DNA of 62,572 nt, the filler included, from a bacterium (GTDB lineage: Bacteria; JBDRGX01), in NCBI GenBank assembly GCA_043817485.1. It is 11 parts of 11 records of this genome, joined end to end, with 100 filler letters (N's around TTAATTAATTAA, not from the genome) between each part and the next. Parts side by side here need not be neighbours in the genome. Positions count along the whole stretch, not along the records: positions 32,923 to 37,666 come from JBDRGX010000015.1; positions 37,767 to 47,133 come from JBDRGX010000016.1; 9 more parts are not named here. The stretch is one strand, 5' to 3'. Below the pieces are notes generated by a model that made no database searches, was not told where the DNA came from, and worked only from the letters and a program-made list of their open reading frames with translations. Position 1 is the stretch's first letter, and the number at the start of each line of letters is the position of its first letter. The translations under genes and the position numbers were made by a program. Below, piece by piece: positions 33,084-44,482 of this stretch.

Positions 33084-34118
33084 ATGATAAAAAGAATTTT
33101 AGGAATATTTTTATTTTGTTGTTTAATTTTAGGAATAAGTAATGCAGCTCCTATTAAAGTATTATGCTGGACAGCAGATGAAGGAAGAACTCTTAATAAT
33201 AAGTATAAAGATGTTCCAGGAATGATGGCAGAAGCAATAGCTAAAATGGTAAATTCAGATCCCCAAGGACGATTTCAAGTTGATTGGGCACATGAAGATA
33301 ATGCTGCTTTACAAACTGCAAATTTGGCAAAATACAGTGTTTTAATGTTTCAAGCTTATAATGATACTAATGGACAAGTTGGAGATCTTTCACATATTGA
33401 AGATTTATGGAAACAAGGAAAATTAAAAATATTTGGAGTTCATGAAGCAATGAGATTAAAAATGCCAGTAATGTGTGGTCTTATAGATGGACAGAAAATT
33501 GAAGGAACAGTAGGTACAAATGATTTATTTAATAGTGAAGTACCAGATCATCCACTTTTAAAAAATGTACAAATACCTTTTTCATTACCATTAAATGAAG
33601 CTTATGGAGATATAAATCTTGCATCTGGAACACAAGTATTACTTAGATATGGTTTATTTTATCTTTTGATATCTCATGTAAATCCTGATCATAAAGGAGT
33701 TTCAGTTTATTTTCAGGGAGGAGATCCTGCACAAGATCCAATTTTTCTTGATCCAATAATTCCACAAGTAAAACAAATTTTTTGGAATGGAATTGAATGG
33801 TTAAATCAACAAAATGTTTCTATTGATAAAACTACAAATAATTCAAAAATAAATATAGCTAATTATCCAAATCCATTTAATCCAGAATGTTATATCCCAA
33901 TAGAAATATCAAATAACAAATCACAAAATATTAAAATAAAAATATATAATATTCTTGGACAAGTAGTAAGAGAAGTAATTAGCAGTAATGCAAATAATTC
34001 AGTATATTGGGATGGAAGAGATAATTTAGGAAAAGAAGTTTCATCGGGAATGTATTTTTATGAAACAATTGTTGACAACAAAACACAAAATTGTAAAAAA
34101 ATGTTGATGCTTAAATAA
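33084..34118 (+). CDS. Secreted protein: signal peptide, ThuA/class I glutamine amidotransferase-like domain, NYPNPFNP C-terminal module
   Basis: AAGGAGG RBS, signal peptide ending SNA; DHPLL..V..PF..NEAYG and YFQGG resemble ThuA-like domains (recalled, moderate confidence); C-terminal module 33861-34118. Confidence 0.7.
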   Translation: MIKRILGIFLFCCLILGISNAAPIKVLCWTADEGRTLNNKYKDVPGMMAEAIAKMVNSDPQGRFQVDWAHEDNAALQTANLAKYSVLMFQAYNDTNGQVGDLSHIEDLWKQGKLKIFGVHEAMRLKMPVMCGLIDGQKIEGTVGTNDLFNSEVPDHPLLKNVQIPFSLPLNEAYGDINLASGTQVLLRYGLFYLLISHVNPDHKGVSVYFQGGDPAQDPIFLDPIIPQVKQIFWNGIEWLNQQNVSIDKTTNNSKINIANYPNPFNPECYIPIEISNNKSQNIKIKIYNILGQVVREVISSNANNSVYWDGRDNLGKEVSSGMYFYETIVDNKTQNCKKMLMLK

Positions 34119-34128
34119 AAATAATTTT

Positions 34129-34156
34129 GTAGGGGCAATTCATGAATTGCCTTTAC
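34129..34156. repeat. GTAG-type REP palindrome
   Basis: gtaggggcaattcatgaattgcctttac; half copy at 37443-37459. Confidence 0.8.
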
Positions 34157-34422
34157 ATGCGGGTGTTTGCCCTTACCAAAAAAGAATATTGAAATTTTGG
34201 ATTTTAGTTTGGGGATTGTGGAATATTGTATTTTTAATTCAAAATTATAAATAAATTAATTCGTTCCATAGAAACGAGATATTTATAAAAATAAAAAAAT
34301 TAATTTTGCAGAAGTTTTAAAAAAAGAAAGGAGAAATAAAAAAATAAAATTTTTAAAAAAGAATTTTCAAAAAATGGTCTAAAGAAATTTTTTTAAATTT
34401 TTACGGAGGTAAAAAAAATATA

Positions 34423-35640
34423 ATGAAGAAAAATTTATTAATGAGTACAGTAATTTTATTTGTTTGTGCAAGTTTATGTTTAGCATCTACAACTCGAAAA
34501 AATACATTAGGATCTTGTCCTATTCTTCCAGATGGTGCTGATTTAGCTAAATATGTTTCTGAATTAGGTATAAATCCTAATAGAATAAGTTTAACTCTTC
34601 CTGATGCAGCAAGATTAACTTTAAAATCTCCTTTTTTTGGTCTTATTCAAAGTATTTCTGTAAAAGGTTTAGATAATAATTTAATACCTTCTGTAAGTAT
34701 TGCTAAATCTATAAATGACAATGTGAGATTAGGATTAGGTTTTAATTTAGCAGTAAATACTGTTACAGATTTAGAAAATAAAACAGGTACGAAAGTTACT
34801 CAAATTGCAAAAGAAGGTACTTTGAATTATGGACTTATTACTGGATTTGGATATTCTGATGATGTAAAGAATATTTTAGTTGGATTAAAATTAAAAATGA
34901 GAGATACTGGAATAACAGAAACCCAATCAGGAGAAAAAGCTTTAAATACAAAAAAAGAATATCAATCTGGCAATGAAGGAATAGAAATTAATGCTCGTTG
35001 TTTAAAAGTTCATGATACAAATAAAAAAATTGGGTTAGCAGTTAGTTTTGAAACTACTGATTTAAGTAAAAAATCAGTTTATACTAATTTTCTTGTTGCA
35101 GATAAAGCAGAGTATGAAATTAAAAATAAAGAAAAAATAGATAATATTACTTCCAAATTGGAAATTGCTCCAGGAATTATTGCTCAAATTAATGAAAATA
35201 CAACTGTTGTATTAAATCCAGGAATATCTTCTGTTGCAACAAAAATAACTAGTTTAAATGGTATTGAAAATGGTGGTATGTATACAGATGATGCTACTAA
35301 CATAACAACCAACAAAACAGATCTTAATATTGTTAATAGAGTTGGAGTTGAATCTAAATTAGTAAAAAATTTAAAAGCAAGATTTGGAATAAATAGTGTT
35401 TATACATTTAATACTACAAAAACCGAAACAAAAGTAAAAGGTTTAGATACTACTGTTAATACTACAAAAACCGCTGCTTTAAAAACAGTAAATACTACTA
35501 TTGGAATTGGTTATACTATTGGTCAATTATTTATTGATGTTAATTTGAATAAAGCATTATTTACTAATGGTCTTTATATTATAAATGGAGTTACAACAAC
35601 ACCTTTTTCTACAGCTGTATCTTTAGCATATAAATTCTAA
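34423..35640 (+). CDS. Probable outer-membrane beta-barrel protein
   Basis: Signal peptide, alternating amphipathic strands, C-terminal SLAYKF (BAM-type aromatic end). Confidence 0.7.
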   Translation: MKKNLLMSTVILFVCASLCLASTTRKNTLGSCPILPDGADLAKYVSELGINPNRISLTLPDAARLTLKSPFFGLIQSISVKGLDNNLIPSVSIAKSINDNVRLGLGFNLAVNTVTDLENKTGTKVTQIAKEGTLNYGLITGFGYSDDVKNILVGLKLKMRDTGITETQSGEKALNTKKEYQSGNEGIEINARCLKVHDTNKKIGLAVSFETTDLSKKSVYTNFLVADKAEYEIKNKEKIDNITSKLEIAPGIIAQINENTTVVLNPGISSVATKITSLNGIENGGMYTDDATNITTNKTDLNIVNRVGVESKLVKNLKARFGINSVYTFNTTKTETKVKGLDTTVNTTKTAALKTVNTTIGIGYTIGQLFIDVNLNKALFTNGLYIINGVTTTPFSTAVSLAYKF

Positions 35641-35650
35641 ACATTTAATA

Positions 35651-35684
35651 AAAAGGGCTTTAATTTTAAAATTAAAGCCCTTTT
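35651..35684. terminator. Probable bidirectional intrinsic terminator
   Basis: Perfect palindrome aaaagggctttaatttt|aaaattaaagccctttt just after the stop codon. Confidence 0.8.
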
Positions 35685-35762
35685 CTTATAATTTAAAAAA
35701 AACTTTTGCAAAATTAAATTAATTTAAGCATATGAATATTTATATAAAAAAAAGGGAAAAAA

Positions 35763-37177
35763 ATGTATAAAAAATTAGGGTATATGTTATTAATATTTTT
35801 ATTTATTGTATGTTTCGGATGTAGTAAAAAAACAAATCCTCCTGTTAGTCCGATTACTCAAATTGATTCAGAAAATAGTGTAAAAACTACAACTGAAGGT
35901 TTTGAAATGCTTTTAACTAATGGAAATGTAACTGAATCTGAAAAAAAATTTGATACAGCGTTACAACAAGATCCAAATAATAAGCTGCATGTTTAGGTAA
36001 AAGTGTTACAAATCTTTTGCTTGTAATAGATGATCCACAGACTCAAGCATTGATTGAAAAAATGAAACAAGATGAAAATTTTAAAGATACTGGATTACAA
36101 GATTTTCCTAAAACAAGTAATGATTTATTTGGAGCAACTAAAAAATCTCCAAATAGTATTGTATTATCTAGTATAGCAGTAAGAACATATGCTCAAATGG
36201 CACAAGAAAATCCTTTGCAAATTTCTGACTTTCAAAATTGGATTGAAAAAGTATTGTTACCAAAACTTAATAATGCTGATAATTATTTAAGCAAAATAGA
36301 AACTTATCCTAATTTTGTATATATCATTGATTTGAAAAAAATGGATAAAAGTATTCCAGAAGATCAAAGATATAAAGAATTAGATTTAGGTGAAGTATAT
36401 GCAGCTCATGCTATTTTGGGAATTATGAAAGGAATTTTAAATATTGGCGTAAGTTTTGATTTTGATTTTGATAGAGCTAAAATGGAAAAAATGATAAATA
36501 GCACTAAAAATAATGAAACAGCAGCAAATATAATTGATTATTACAATCCTTTTGTTGATCCTAATTATAATTTTATGGGATTACGATTAAATGGCAAAAT
36601 AAATATGTTAAATGCAAAACAATCTTTTATTAGTTCTACTCAAAAAATAGAAGCTGGTTTAGATTTTATTTTAGCAGAAAAAGATGATCAAAAAGATGAT
36701 ATTTTAAAAAAAGAAGAAATAGATCTTAATGATGCAAATTTAACAAAAAAAGTATGTAAAGATATAAGAGATTGTTTTAATGGAATAACATTTACAGTTC
36801 GTGAAGGATATCCAGAAAAACAAAATGGAAAAACTTGTACATGGGATGAAAAAGGAAAATATCCTATACAAATTAATTTAGGAAACTATTTTGATAATGC
36901 TCCTTCATTAAAAGCATTTATTCCTATTTATGATCAAGAAGGATGGCCTTGTTTGTATGATAAATCTGGTAATGCTATAAAATACTATGAAGTAAAATAT
37001 TGTGATGGAAAAAAATGTATTCAATTTATTGATACTAATGTAGATTGGGCAACCATTAAATTTAATGATCCAAGTTTTTGTGGATTATTCCCTAATATGA
37101 CTAATAATATAATTGCTGAATTAATAAATGCTAATAATTCTTCTTATGCAATAAAAAAAGTTCCAGGAATTTTGTAA
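35763..37177 (+). CDS. Hypothetical lipoprotein, split by a 1-nt frameshift near 35983
   Basis: CFGC lipobox; DPNN(K) continues as AACLGKSVTNLLLVIDD in the frame of ORF 36017. Confidence 0.7.
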
Positions 37178-37278
37178 ATGGAAAACTATTGTACATTGGA
37201 TGAATAAGGAAAATCTTCTGTACAAATTAATTTAGGAAAATATGTTGATTTAGTTTTAAATTTTGCAAAAGTTTTTTA

Positions 37279-37337
37279 CAAGCGAAGCAATCTTATTTAT
37301 AAAAATTTAAGATTGTTTCGTTTTGTTTATAATGACA
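37279..37337. repeat. Degenerate CGAAGCAATC-type REP hairpin
   Basis: gcgaagcaatctt...aagattgtttcg...aatgaca. Confidence 0.55.
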
Positions 37338-37455
37338 AAATGTGTATTTTAAAAAAAGTTTAAAATTAGTTTAATCACAAAATAAATTTATGAAGATGGA
37401 AAGTAGATGATATATAGGGATTAAAATTTATGAAAGAAGTTAGTAGGGGCAATTC

Positions 37456-37578
37456 ATGAGACTGTGTCGTAATTCAATTTCACGGCAATTGTTTTACAAC
37501 ATAAAGTGGTAGGTTTCCACAAAATCACAATATGTTGTGGTATGGATGTCTAGATTTAGAGTTATGACACAGTCTCAT
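37456..37578. mobile_element. 123-bp MITE with 17-bp terminal inverted repeats (IS1182-like ends)
   Basis: atgagactgtgtcgtaa / ttatgacacagtctcat (1 mismatch); starts at the centre of a GTAG REP half. Confidence 0.75.
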
Positions 37579-37824
37579 AGATGATCATTTTAAAAATATA
37601 TCTACGAATAGAGTTATGTCTTTATATATAATATGATGAGGTGCTGGTGAATTGCAAATATGAGAANNNNNNNNNNNNNNNNNNNNNNNNNNNNNNNNNN
37701 NNNNNNNNNNTTAATTAATTAANNNNNNNNNNNNNNNNNNNNNNNNNNNNNNNNNNNNNNNNNNNNTTTCATAAAAAATTATTTTCTATTGACTTTTAAA
37801 ATCAAAAAATATATAAAAATTTCC

Positions 37825-38493
37825 ATGAAAAATATTATAATAGCACCTTCTATTTTATCTGCTAATTTTAATAATCTTGAAAAAGATATAAAATTAGTAG
37901 AAAAAGAAAATTTATCTTGGCTTCATTTAGATGTTATGGATGGTCTTTTTGTCCCTAATATTTCTTTTGGGCAGCCAATAATAAAATCAATACGAAAAAT
38001 ATCTAAATTATTTTTTGATGTCCATTTAATGATAACAGAACCTATTAGATATATTGAAAATTTTGTTGATTCTGGCGCTGATTTAATTACCATTCACATA
38101 GAAGCTTGTGAAAATGTTAGTGCCACTATTAAAAAAATAAAAAAATATCAAAAAAAAGTTGGATTAGCTTTAAATCCTTTAACTCCTTTAGAAAAAGCTA
38201 TTCCTTATTTAAAAGAATTAGATTTACTTTTATTAATGAGTGTTAATCCTGGATTTGGAGGGCAGAAATTTATAGAATCAGTTTTTCCTAAAATAAAAAA
38301 AGCAAGAAATCTGATTAATCAATTTAATAAAAATATTGAATTAGAAGTAGATGGAGGCATATTTAAAGAAAATATTTGTTCAGTAATAGAACAAGAAGCA
38401 AATATTTTAGTTATGGGTTCTGCTATTTTCGCTCAACCAAATATAAGTAAAACAATAAAAGAAATAAAAAAAATATTAAAGAAAGGTTATTAA
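37825..38493 (+). CDS. rpe: Ribulose-phosphate 3-epimerase
   Basis: [41 protein letters not shown]. Confidence 0.96.
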   Translation: MKNIIIAPSILSANFNNLEKDIKLVEKENLSWLHLDVMDGLFVPNISFGQPIIKSIRKISKLFFDVHLMITEPIRYIENFVDSGADLITIHIEACENVSATIKKIKKYQKKVGLALNPLTPLEKAIPYLKELDLLLLMSVNPGFGGQKFIESVFPKIKKARNLINQFNKNIELEVDGGIFKENICSVIEQEANILVMGSAIFAQPNISKTIKEIKKILKKGY

Positions 38494-38494
38494 A

Positions 38495-38836
38495 TTGGAA
38501 CAAATAAATTTGGAACAATTAAAATTTAATGAACAGGGATTAATTCCAGCTATTATTCAAGATTATAAAACTAATGAAATTTTAATGATGGCTTATATGA
38601 ATAAAGAATCATTTGAAAAAACTTTATCAAGTGGTAAAACATGTTTTTTTAGTCGTTCACGACAAAAATTATGGCTTAAAGGAGAAACTTCTGGAAATTT
38701 TCAATTAGTAAAAGAAATTTATCTTGATTGCGATAATGATACTTTATTAATTAAAGTAAATCAAATAAATGTTGCTTGTCATACAGGGAATAGAAGTTGT
38801 TTTTTTAAAAAAATAAAAGAGAATGTAAGTGAATGA
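38495..38836 (+). CDS. hisI: Phosphoribosyl-AMP cyclohydrolase
   Basis: [27 protein letters not shown]. Confidence 0.95.
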   Translation: MEQINLEQLKFNEQGLIPAIIQDYKTNEILMMAYMNKESFEKTLSSGKTCFFSRSRQKLWLKGETSGNFQLVKEIYLDCDNDTLLIKVNQINVACHTGNRSCFFKKIKENVSE

Positions 38837-40854
38837 TGAAAAACTTAAAAAAAAAATTGAAATATTAAAAAAAGAAATTGAATATCATAATTATTTGTAT
38901 TATGTAGAAAACAAACCAATAATTTCAGATTTTAAATATGATATGTTGATAAAAAAATTAGAGGATTGTGAAAAAATATTTTCTCAATTTGTTATTTCTA
39001 CTTCTCCAACGCAAAAAGTAAATGAACAAGTTATCAATCAATTTAAAATAATTTCCCATCGTCTACCAATGTTAAGCCTTTCTAATACTTATTCTATTAA
39101 CGAAATAAAAGAATTTCATAACCGTGTTCTTAAAATAATTCCCGAACAAGAATTAGAATATATAACTGAATTAAAAATAGACGGAATTGCTATAAGTTTA
39201 ATTTATGAAAATGGTGTTTTTACTCAAGGAATAACTAGAGGAGATGGAGAAAAAGGAAATGATGTATTTTCCAATCTTTTAACTATTAAATCTATTCCAT
39301 TAAAAATTTTTTCTGATGTTCCAAAAATTTTAGAAGTAAGAGGAGAAGTTTATCTTTCTAAAGATGTTTTTTATAAAATAAATGAAGAAAAAGGAATGAA
39401 AAATCAAGAATTATTTGCTAATCCTCGTAATGCTGCTGGTGGTTCTTTAAAATTACTTGATCCTTCTATGGTTGCTAAAAGACATTTAGATATTTTTATC
39501 CATTCATCTGGTTTTATAAGTGAAAAAATATTTAAAACTCAAATAGAAATGTTTGATTCTCTTAAAAAAATGAATTTTAAAATAAATCCTTATTATAAAT
39601 TATGCAAAAATATTCAAGAGGTAATATTTTTTTGTCAAGAATGGGAAATGAAAAGAAATAGTTTGCCATATCAAATAGATGGAATTGTTATTAAAGTTAA
39701 TTCTTTTGAAGCACAAAATATTTTAAGTCATACTACTAAAAATCCTCGTTGGGCAATTGCTTTTAAATTTACTGAACATCAAATTACTACAAAATTAAAA
39801 GATATTATTATTCAAGTAGGTAGAACAGGCATTTTAACACCTGTAGCAATTTTGGAACCAGTAGAATTAGATGGTTCCACAATTAGTAGAGCTACTTTAC
39901 ATAATCAAAATGAAATTAAAAGAAAAGATCTAAAAATTGGAGATACTGTAATTATTGCAAAAGCTGGAGATGTAATTCCTAAAATTGTAGAAGTAGTAAA
40001 AGAAAAAAGAACAGGACAAGAAAAAGAATTTATATTTCCAGATAAATGTCCAGTATGTGGAAGTAAAACAATTTCAATTGAAAAAAAAAGTAGCTATAAT
40101 ATGTGATAATATAAATTGTTCATCTCAAATTCAAAGAAAAATAGAACATTTTTCTTCTCGTCAAGCAATGAATATAAGAGGTTTAGGACAAGCAATTATT
40201 TATCAACTTGTAAAAAATAATAAAATAAAAGATTTAGCAGATATTTATACATTAAAAAAAGATGAACTTATTTGTTTAGAAAGAATGGAAGAAAAATCAG
40301 CGCAAAAATTAATTGATGCTATAAATAAAAGCAAAAATAATTCATTAGAACAATTTATTTTTGGATTAGGAATTCAATATGTTGGAATTCATATTGCTCA
40401 TATTTTAACTTCTAATTTTTCTTCAATTGATGAAATATCAAATACTTCTAAACAAGAATTTGAAAAAATAAAAGGATTAGGAGAATCTATTATTTTTTCT
40501 TTAGTTGAATTTTTTAGTAAAGAAGAAATAAAAAATCTTATTCAAAAATTTAAAGATTATGGAATAAATACAAAATCAGAAAAAAAATTAGAAACAAAAA
40601 AATTATTATTATCAGGAAAAATATTTGTATTTACTGGAGAATTAAAAAAATTTTCTCGAGTTAAAGCAAGTCAATTAGTAATAAATTTAGGAGGAACTGT
40701 TTCTTCTTCTGTAAATAAAAATACTTCTTTTTTAGTTTGTGGAGAAAATCCTGGTTCTAAATATCAAAAAGCAAAATCTTTAGGAATAAAAATTATTGAA
40801 GAAAGTGAATTTGAAAAAATAATAAATAATGAAAAAATAGGAGATGTATTTTGA
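38829..40854 (+). CDS. ligA: NAD-dependent DNA ligase, frameshifted at A9 (40081-40089)
   Basis: [30 protein letters not shown]; second frame supplies C..C, HhH and BRCT. Confidence 0.95.
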
Positions 40855-41855
40855 TACAAAAACCAATTGTTGGTATTACATTAGGAGATATTGCTGGAAT
40901 AGGTCCAGAAATTGTTATAAAATCTTTATTAGATGAAGAAATTATATCGGCTTGTAATCCCTTAATAATAGGCGATATAGAAGTTTTTAAAGAAACTCTT
41001 AAAAATCTTTCTATTACTTTCCCTTTAAATTATTGTCAAAATTATGAAGAAGCAAAATTTGAAAAAGAAAAAATAAATATAATTGGTATTAGTTCTTTTT
41101 CTCCAAATGATTATACTAAAGGAAAAATTAATTTATTAACAGGAAAAGCTTCTTTAGAATATATTAAAAAAGGAATTCAATTATCTTTAGAAAAAAAAAT
41201 AGATTTATTAGTTACTGCACCAGTGAACAAAGAATCTATAATTAAATCTGGGTTTATATTTTCTGGACATACAGAATATTTAGCTAATTTATCTCATGTT
41301 AAAAAATTTGCTATGATGTTAGTAAGTGAAAATTTAAAAGTAGTTTTAGCAACTACACATTTACCTTTAAAAAAAGTAAGTACAACACTTTCTTCTTTAA
41401 AAATATATGATACTATAATGCTTACTTATGATAGTTTAAAACAATATTTTGGTTTATCTAATCCAACAATAGGAGTATCGGGATTAAATCCTCATTGTGG
41501 AGAAGGTGGATCTATCGGCAATGAAGAAATTACACAAATAATCCCAGCCATTTTAAAAGCACAAAAAAAAAATATAAATGTACAAGGCCCTTTTCCAGCA
41601 GATACTTTATTTGTAAAAGAAAAATTATCTAAATTTGATGCTATTATTACAATGTATCATGATCAGGGAATGATTCCTATAAAAATGAATGGTTTTGGAA
41701 AAGCTGTAAATATTACATTAGGTTTACCATTTATTCGCACTTCTCCAGATCATGGAACTGGATTTGATATAGCTGGTAAAAATATAGCCAATCCAGAAAG
41801 TTTAAAACAAGCAATAAAATTAGGAATAAAAATAAAAAAGGAAAGTAAATGTTAG
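40851..41855 (+). CDS. pdxA: 4-hydroxythreonine-4-phosphate dehydrogenase family protein
   Basis: GD.AGIGPE, GHTE, LNPH.GE, MYHDQG, RTSPDHGT. Confidence 0.93.
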   Translation: MIQKPIVGITLGDIAGIGPEIVIKSLLDEEIISACNPLIIGDIEVFKETLKNLSITFPLNYCQNYEEAKFEKEKINIIGISSFSPNDYTKGKINLLTGKASLEYIKKGIQLSLEKKIDLLVTAPVNKESIIKSGFIFSGHTEYLANLSHVKKFAMMLVSENLKVVLATTHLPLKKVSTTLSSLKIYDTIMLTYDSLKQYFGLSNPTIGVSGLNPHCGEGGSIGNEEITQIIPAILKAQKKNINVQGPFPADTLFVKEKLSKFDAIITMYHDQGMIPIKMNGFGKAVNITLGLPFIRTSPDHGTGFDIAGKNIANPESLKQAIKLGIKIKKESKC

Positions 41856-44482
41856 ATTTAAGTCCTTTAATGCAACAATATCATCAAATTAAAAAAGATT
41901 ATCAAGATACAATTTTAATGATTAGAATAGGTGATTTTTATGAAACATTTTATGAAGATGCAAAAATTGCTTCATCAGTATTAGATATTGTTCTTACATC
42001 AAAGCCAGTAGGTAAAAATCAAAGAGTGCCTTTGGCTGGCATTCCTCATCATACAGCTGATTCACATATTAATATTTTAACAAAGGCTGGTTATAAAGTA
42101 GCAATTTGTGAACAAATAGAAGATGCAAAATTAGCCAAAGGAATAGTAAAAAGAGAAGTTGTCAGAGTAATTACATCTGGAACAATACTTTCAGATGCAA
42201 TTTTAGAAAATAAAAAAAATAATTTTTTAATTGCTATTAATAAAGAAAAAGAAAATTTATTTGGATTAGGAATTATAGATTTTTCCACAGGTGATTTTTT
42301 AATAACAGAAATAGATTCTCAAGATAAATTAGCAAATGAAATTATTCGGCTTTCTCCAGCAGAATGTCTTTTAAAAGAATCTTTATTTGAAGATAAAGAA
42401 TTTATTACTTTTTTACAAAATACTTATGAAAATATAAAAATAGAAAAAATAGAAGATTGGATTTTTAATTTAGATTATTCAAAAAATTTATTAAAAGATC
42501 ATTTTAAAGTAAATTCATTAGATGGATTTGGATGTGAAAATTTTTCTTCTGGAATAGGTGCTTGTGGAGCAATTCTCTCGTATCTTAAAAAAACTCAAAA
42601 AAATTCTATTTCTCATTTGACTTCTTTAAAACCATATTTTTTAGAAAATTTTATGTGTCTTGATAAATCTACACAAATAAATTTAGAACTAATTAAAACA
42701 TTTAGAGACAATGAAAAAAAAGGTAGTCTACTTTGGGTGATAGATGAAACTATTACTTCTATGGGTGGAAGAAAAATTAGAGATTGGTTATTACATCCTC
42801 TTTTGATTTTAACAGAAATTCAAATGCGACAAGATGCTGTACAAGAATTTTATAATAACACTTCTTTAACTTCTGAAATTAGAACAATTTTGGGCTCTGT
42901 TTATGATATTGAAAGATATATTGCTAAAATATGTTCTAATGCTGGTAATGCAAGAGATCTTCTTGCTTTAGGAAAATCTTTTTCTGTAATTCCTAAAATA
43001 ATTCAAAAAATTAAATTTCTTGAATCATCAATTTACAAAACTTTTTTTTTAGAAACAGATTTTTTAGAAAAATTAGGAAACATAATACTTTCAGCCATAT
43101 TTGAAAATCCTCCTTTATCTCTTAAAGAAGGTGGTTTAATTAAATTTGGATTTGATCCAGAAATAGATGAATTACAAAAAATTATAAAAAATGGAAAACA
43201 ATGGATAGTCGAATTTGAAGCAAAAGAAAAACAAAAAACACAAATAAATTCTTTAAAAGTAAAATTTAATAATGTTTTTGGATATTATATTGAAATAACT
43301 AAACCAAATCTTTCTTTAGTACCAAATGATTATATTAGAAAACAAACTATTTCTACGGGAGAAAGATTTATTACAAGCGAATTAAAAGATTACGAAAATA
43401 AAATTCAAAATGCAAATGAAAAACTTTATAAATTAGAATATGAAGTTTTTCAAAATATTTGTAATGAAGTAAAAAAGGATTCAGATAAAATTCAAAAAAT
43501 TGCTCATACTTTAGCTTCTATAGATGTAATTAGTAGTTTATCTATAGTCGCACATAATAATCATTATTGTAAGCCACAACTTACAACAGAAGCAATTTTA
43601 AAAATAAAAGATTCTCGACATCCAGTATTAGAAAAAATATTTATAGAAGAAAAATTTGTTCCTAATGATATAGATATGGATATAGAACAAAATCAAATAA
43701 TGATTATTACAGGTCCTAATATGGCTGGAAAATCTACATATATTAGACAAATTGCTTTAATTGTTTTACTTGCTCAAATAGGCAGTTTTGTCCCAGCAAA
43801 AAATGCTATAATTGGATTAGTAGATAGAATTTTTACTCGAATAGGAGCATCAGATTTTTTAATTAAAGGACAATCTACTTTTATGGTTGAAATGAATGAA
43901 ACATCTAATATTTTGCATAATGCTACTTCAAAAAGTTTAATTATTTTAGATGAAATAGGTAGAGGTACAAGTACTTTTGATGGAATTAGTCTTGCTTGGG
44001 CAATAGCAGAATATATTCATAATAAAATAAAAGCAAAAACACTTTTTGCAACTCATTATAATGAACTTACTGAATTAGAAATTTTATTTCCTAAAATCAA
44101 AAATTATAATATAGCAGTTAAAGAATGGAATGAAGAATTAATTTTTTTAAGAAAAATTTTAAAAGGATCAGCAGATAAAAGTTATGGAATTCAAGTTGCT
44201 CGTTTAGCTGGATTACCAGAAGAAGTGATTACAAGGGCAAAAGAAGTTATGAATAATTTAGAAAATATTGAAATAGACAAAAATGGTTCTCCTAATTTAG
44301 CAAAATCAGAATTTGATGAAAAAGAAAAAATTTTACAATTAAATTTATTTGCTATTCAAGAAAATCAAGAAAATAAAGAAAAAATAATAAGAGAATTAGA
44401 AAAATTAGATATTAATAATTTAACCCCAATTCAAGCTTTTAATGAATTACAAAAAATTAAAGAAGAATTGAAAAATATATAA
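41849..44482 (+). CDS. mutS: DNA mismatch repair protein MutS
   Basis: GDFYETF, TGPNMAGKSTY, STFMVEM, DEIGRGTST, ATHY. Confidence 0.97.
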   Translation: MLDLSPLMQQYHQIKKDYQDTILMIRIGDFYETFYEDAKIASSVLDIVLTSKPVGKNQRVPLAGIPHHTADSHINILTKAGYKVAICEQIEDAKLAKGIVKREVVRVITSGTILSDAILENKKNNFLIAINKEKENLFGLGIIDFSTGDFLITEIDSQDKLANEIIRLSPAECLLKESLFEDKEFITFLQNTYENIKIEKIEDWIFNLDYSKNLLKDHFKVNSLDGFGCENFSSGIGACGAILSYLKKTQKNSISHLTSLKPYFLENFMCLDKSTQINLELIKTFRDNEKKGSLLWVIDETITSMGGRKIRDWLLHPLLILTEIQMRQDAVQEFYNNTSLTSEIRTILGSVYDIERYIAKICSNAGNARDLLALGKSFSVIPKIIQKIKFLESSIYKTFFLETDFLEKLGNIILSAIFENPPLSLKEGGLIKFGFDPEIDELQKIIKNGKQWIVEFEAKEKQKTQINSLKVKFNNVFGYYIEITKPNLSLVPNDYIRKQTISTGERFITSELKDYENKIQNANEKLYKLEYEVFQNICNEVKKDSDKIQKIAHTLASIDVISSLSIVAHNNHYCKPQLTTEAILKIKDSRHPVLEKIFIEEKFVPNDIDMDIEQNQIMIITGPNMAGKSTYIRQIALIVLLAQIGSFVPAKNAIIGLVDRIFTRIGASDFLIKGQSTFMVEMNETSNILHNATSKSLIILDEIGRGTSTFDGISLAWAIAEYIHNKIKAKTLFATHYNELTELEILFPKIKNYNIAVKEWNEELIFLRKILKGSADKSYGIQVARLAGLPEEVITRAKEVMNNLENIEIDKNGSPNLAKSEFDEKEKILQLNLFAIQENQENKEKIIRELEKLDINNLTPIQAFNELQKIKEELKNI

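Noticed and set aside
36825..37249. Possible diversity-generating retroelement VR/TR pair
   Set aside because: Differences are not adenine-specific, include an indel, and no reverse transcriptase is present
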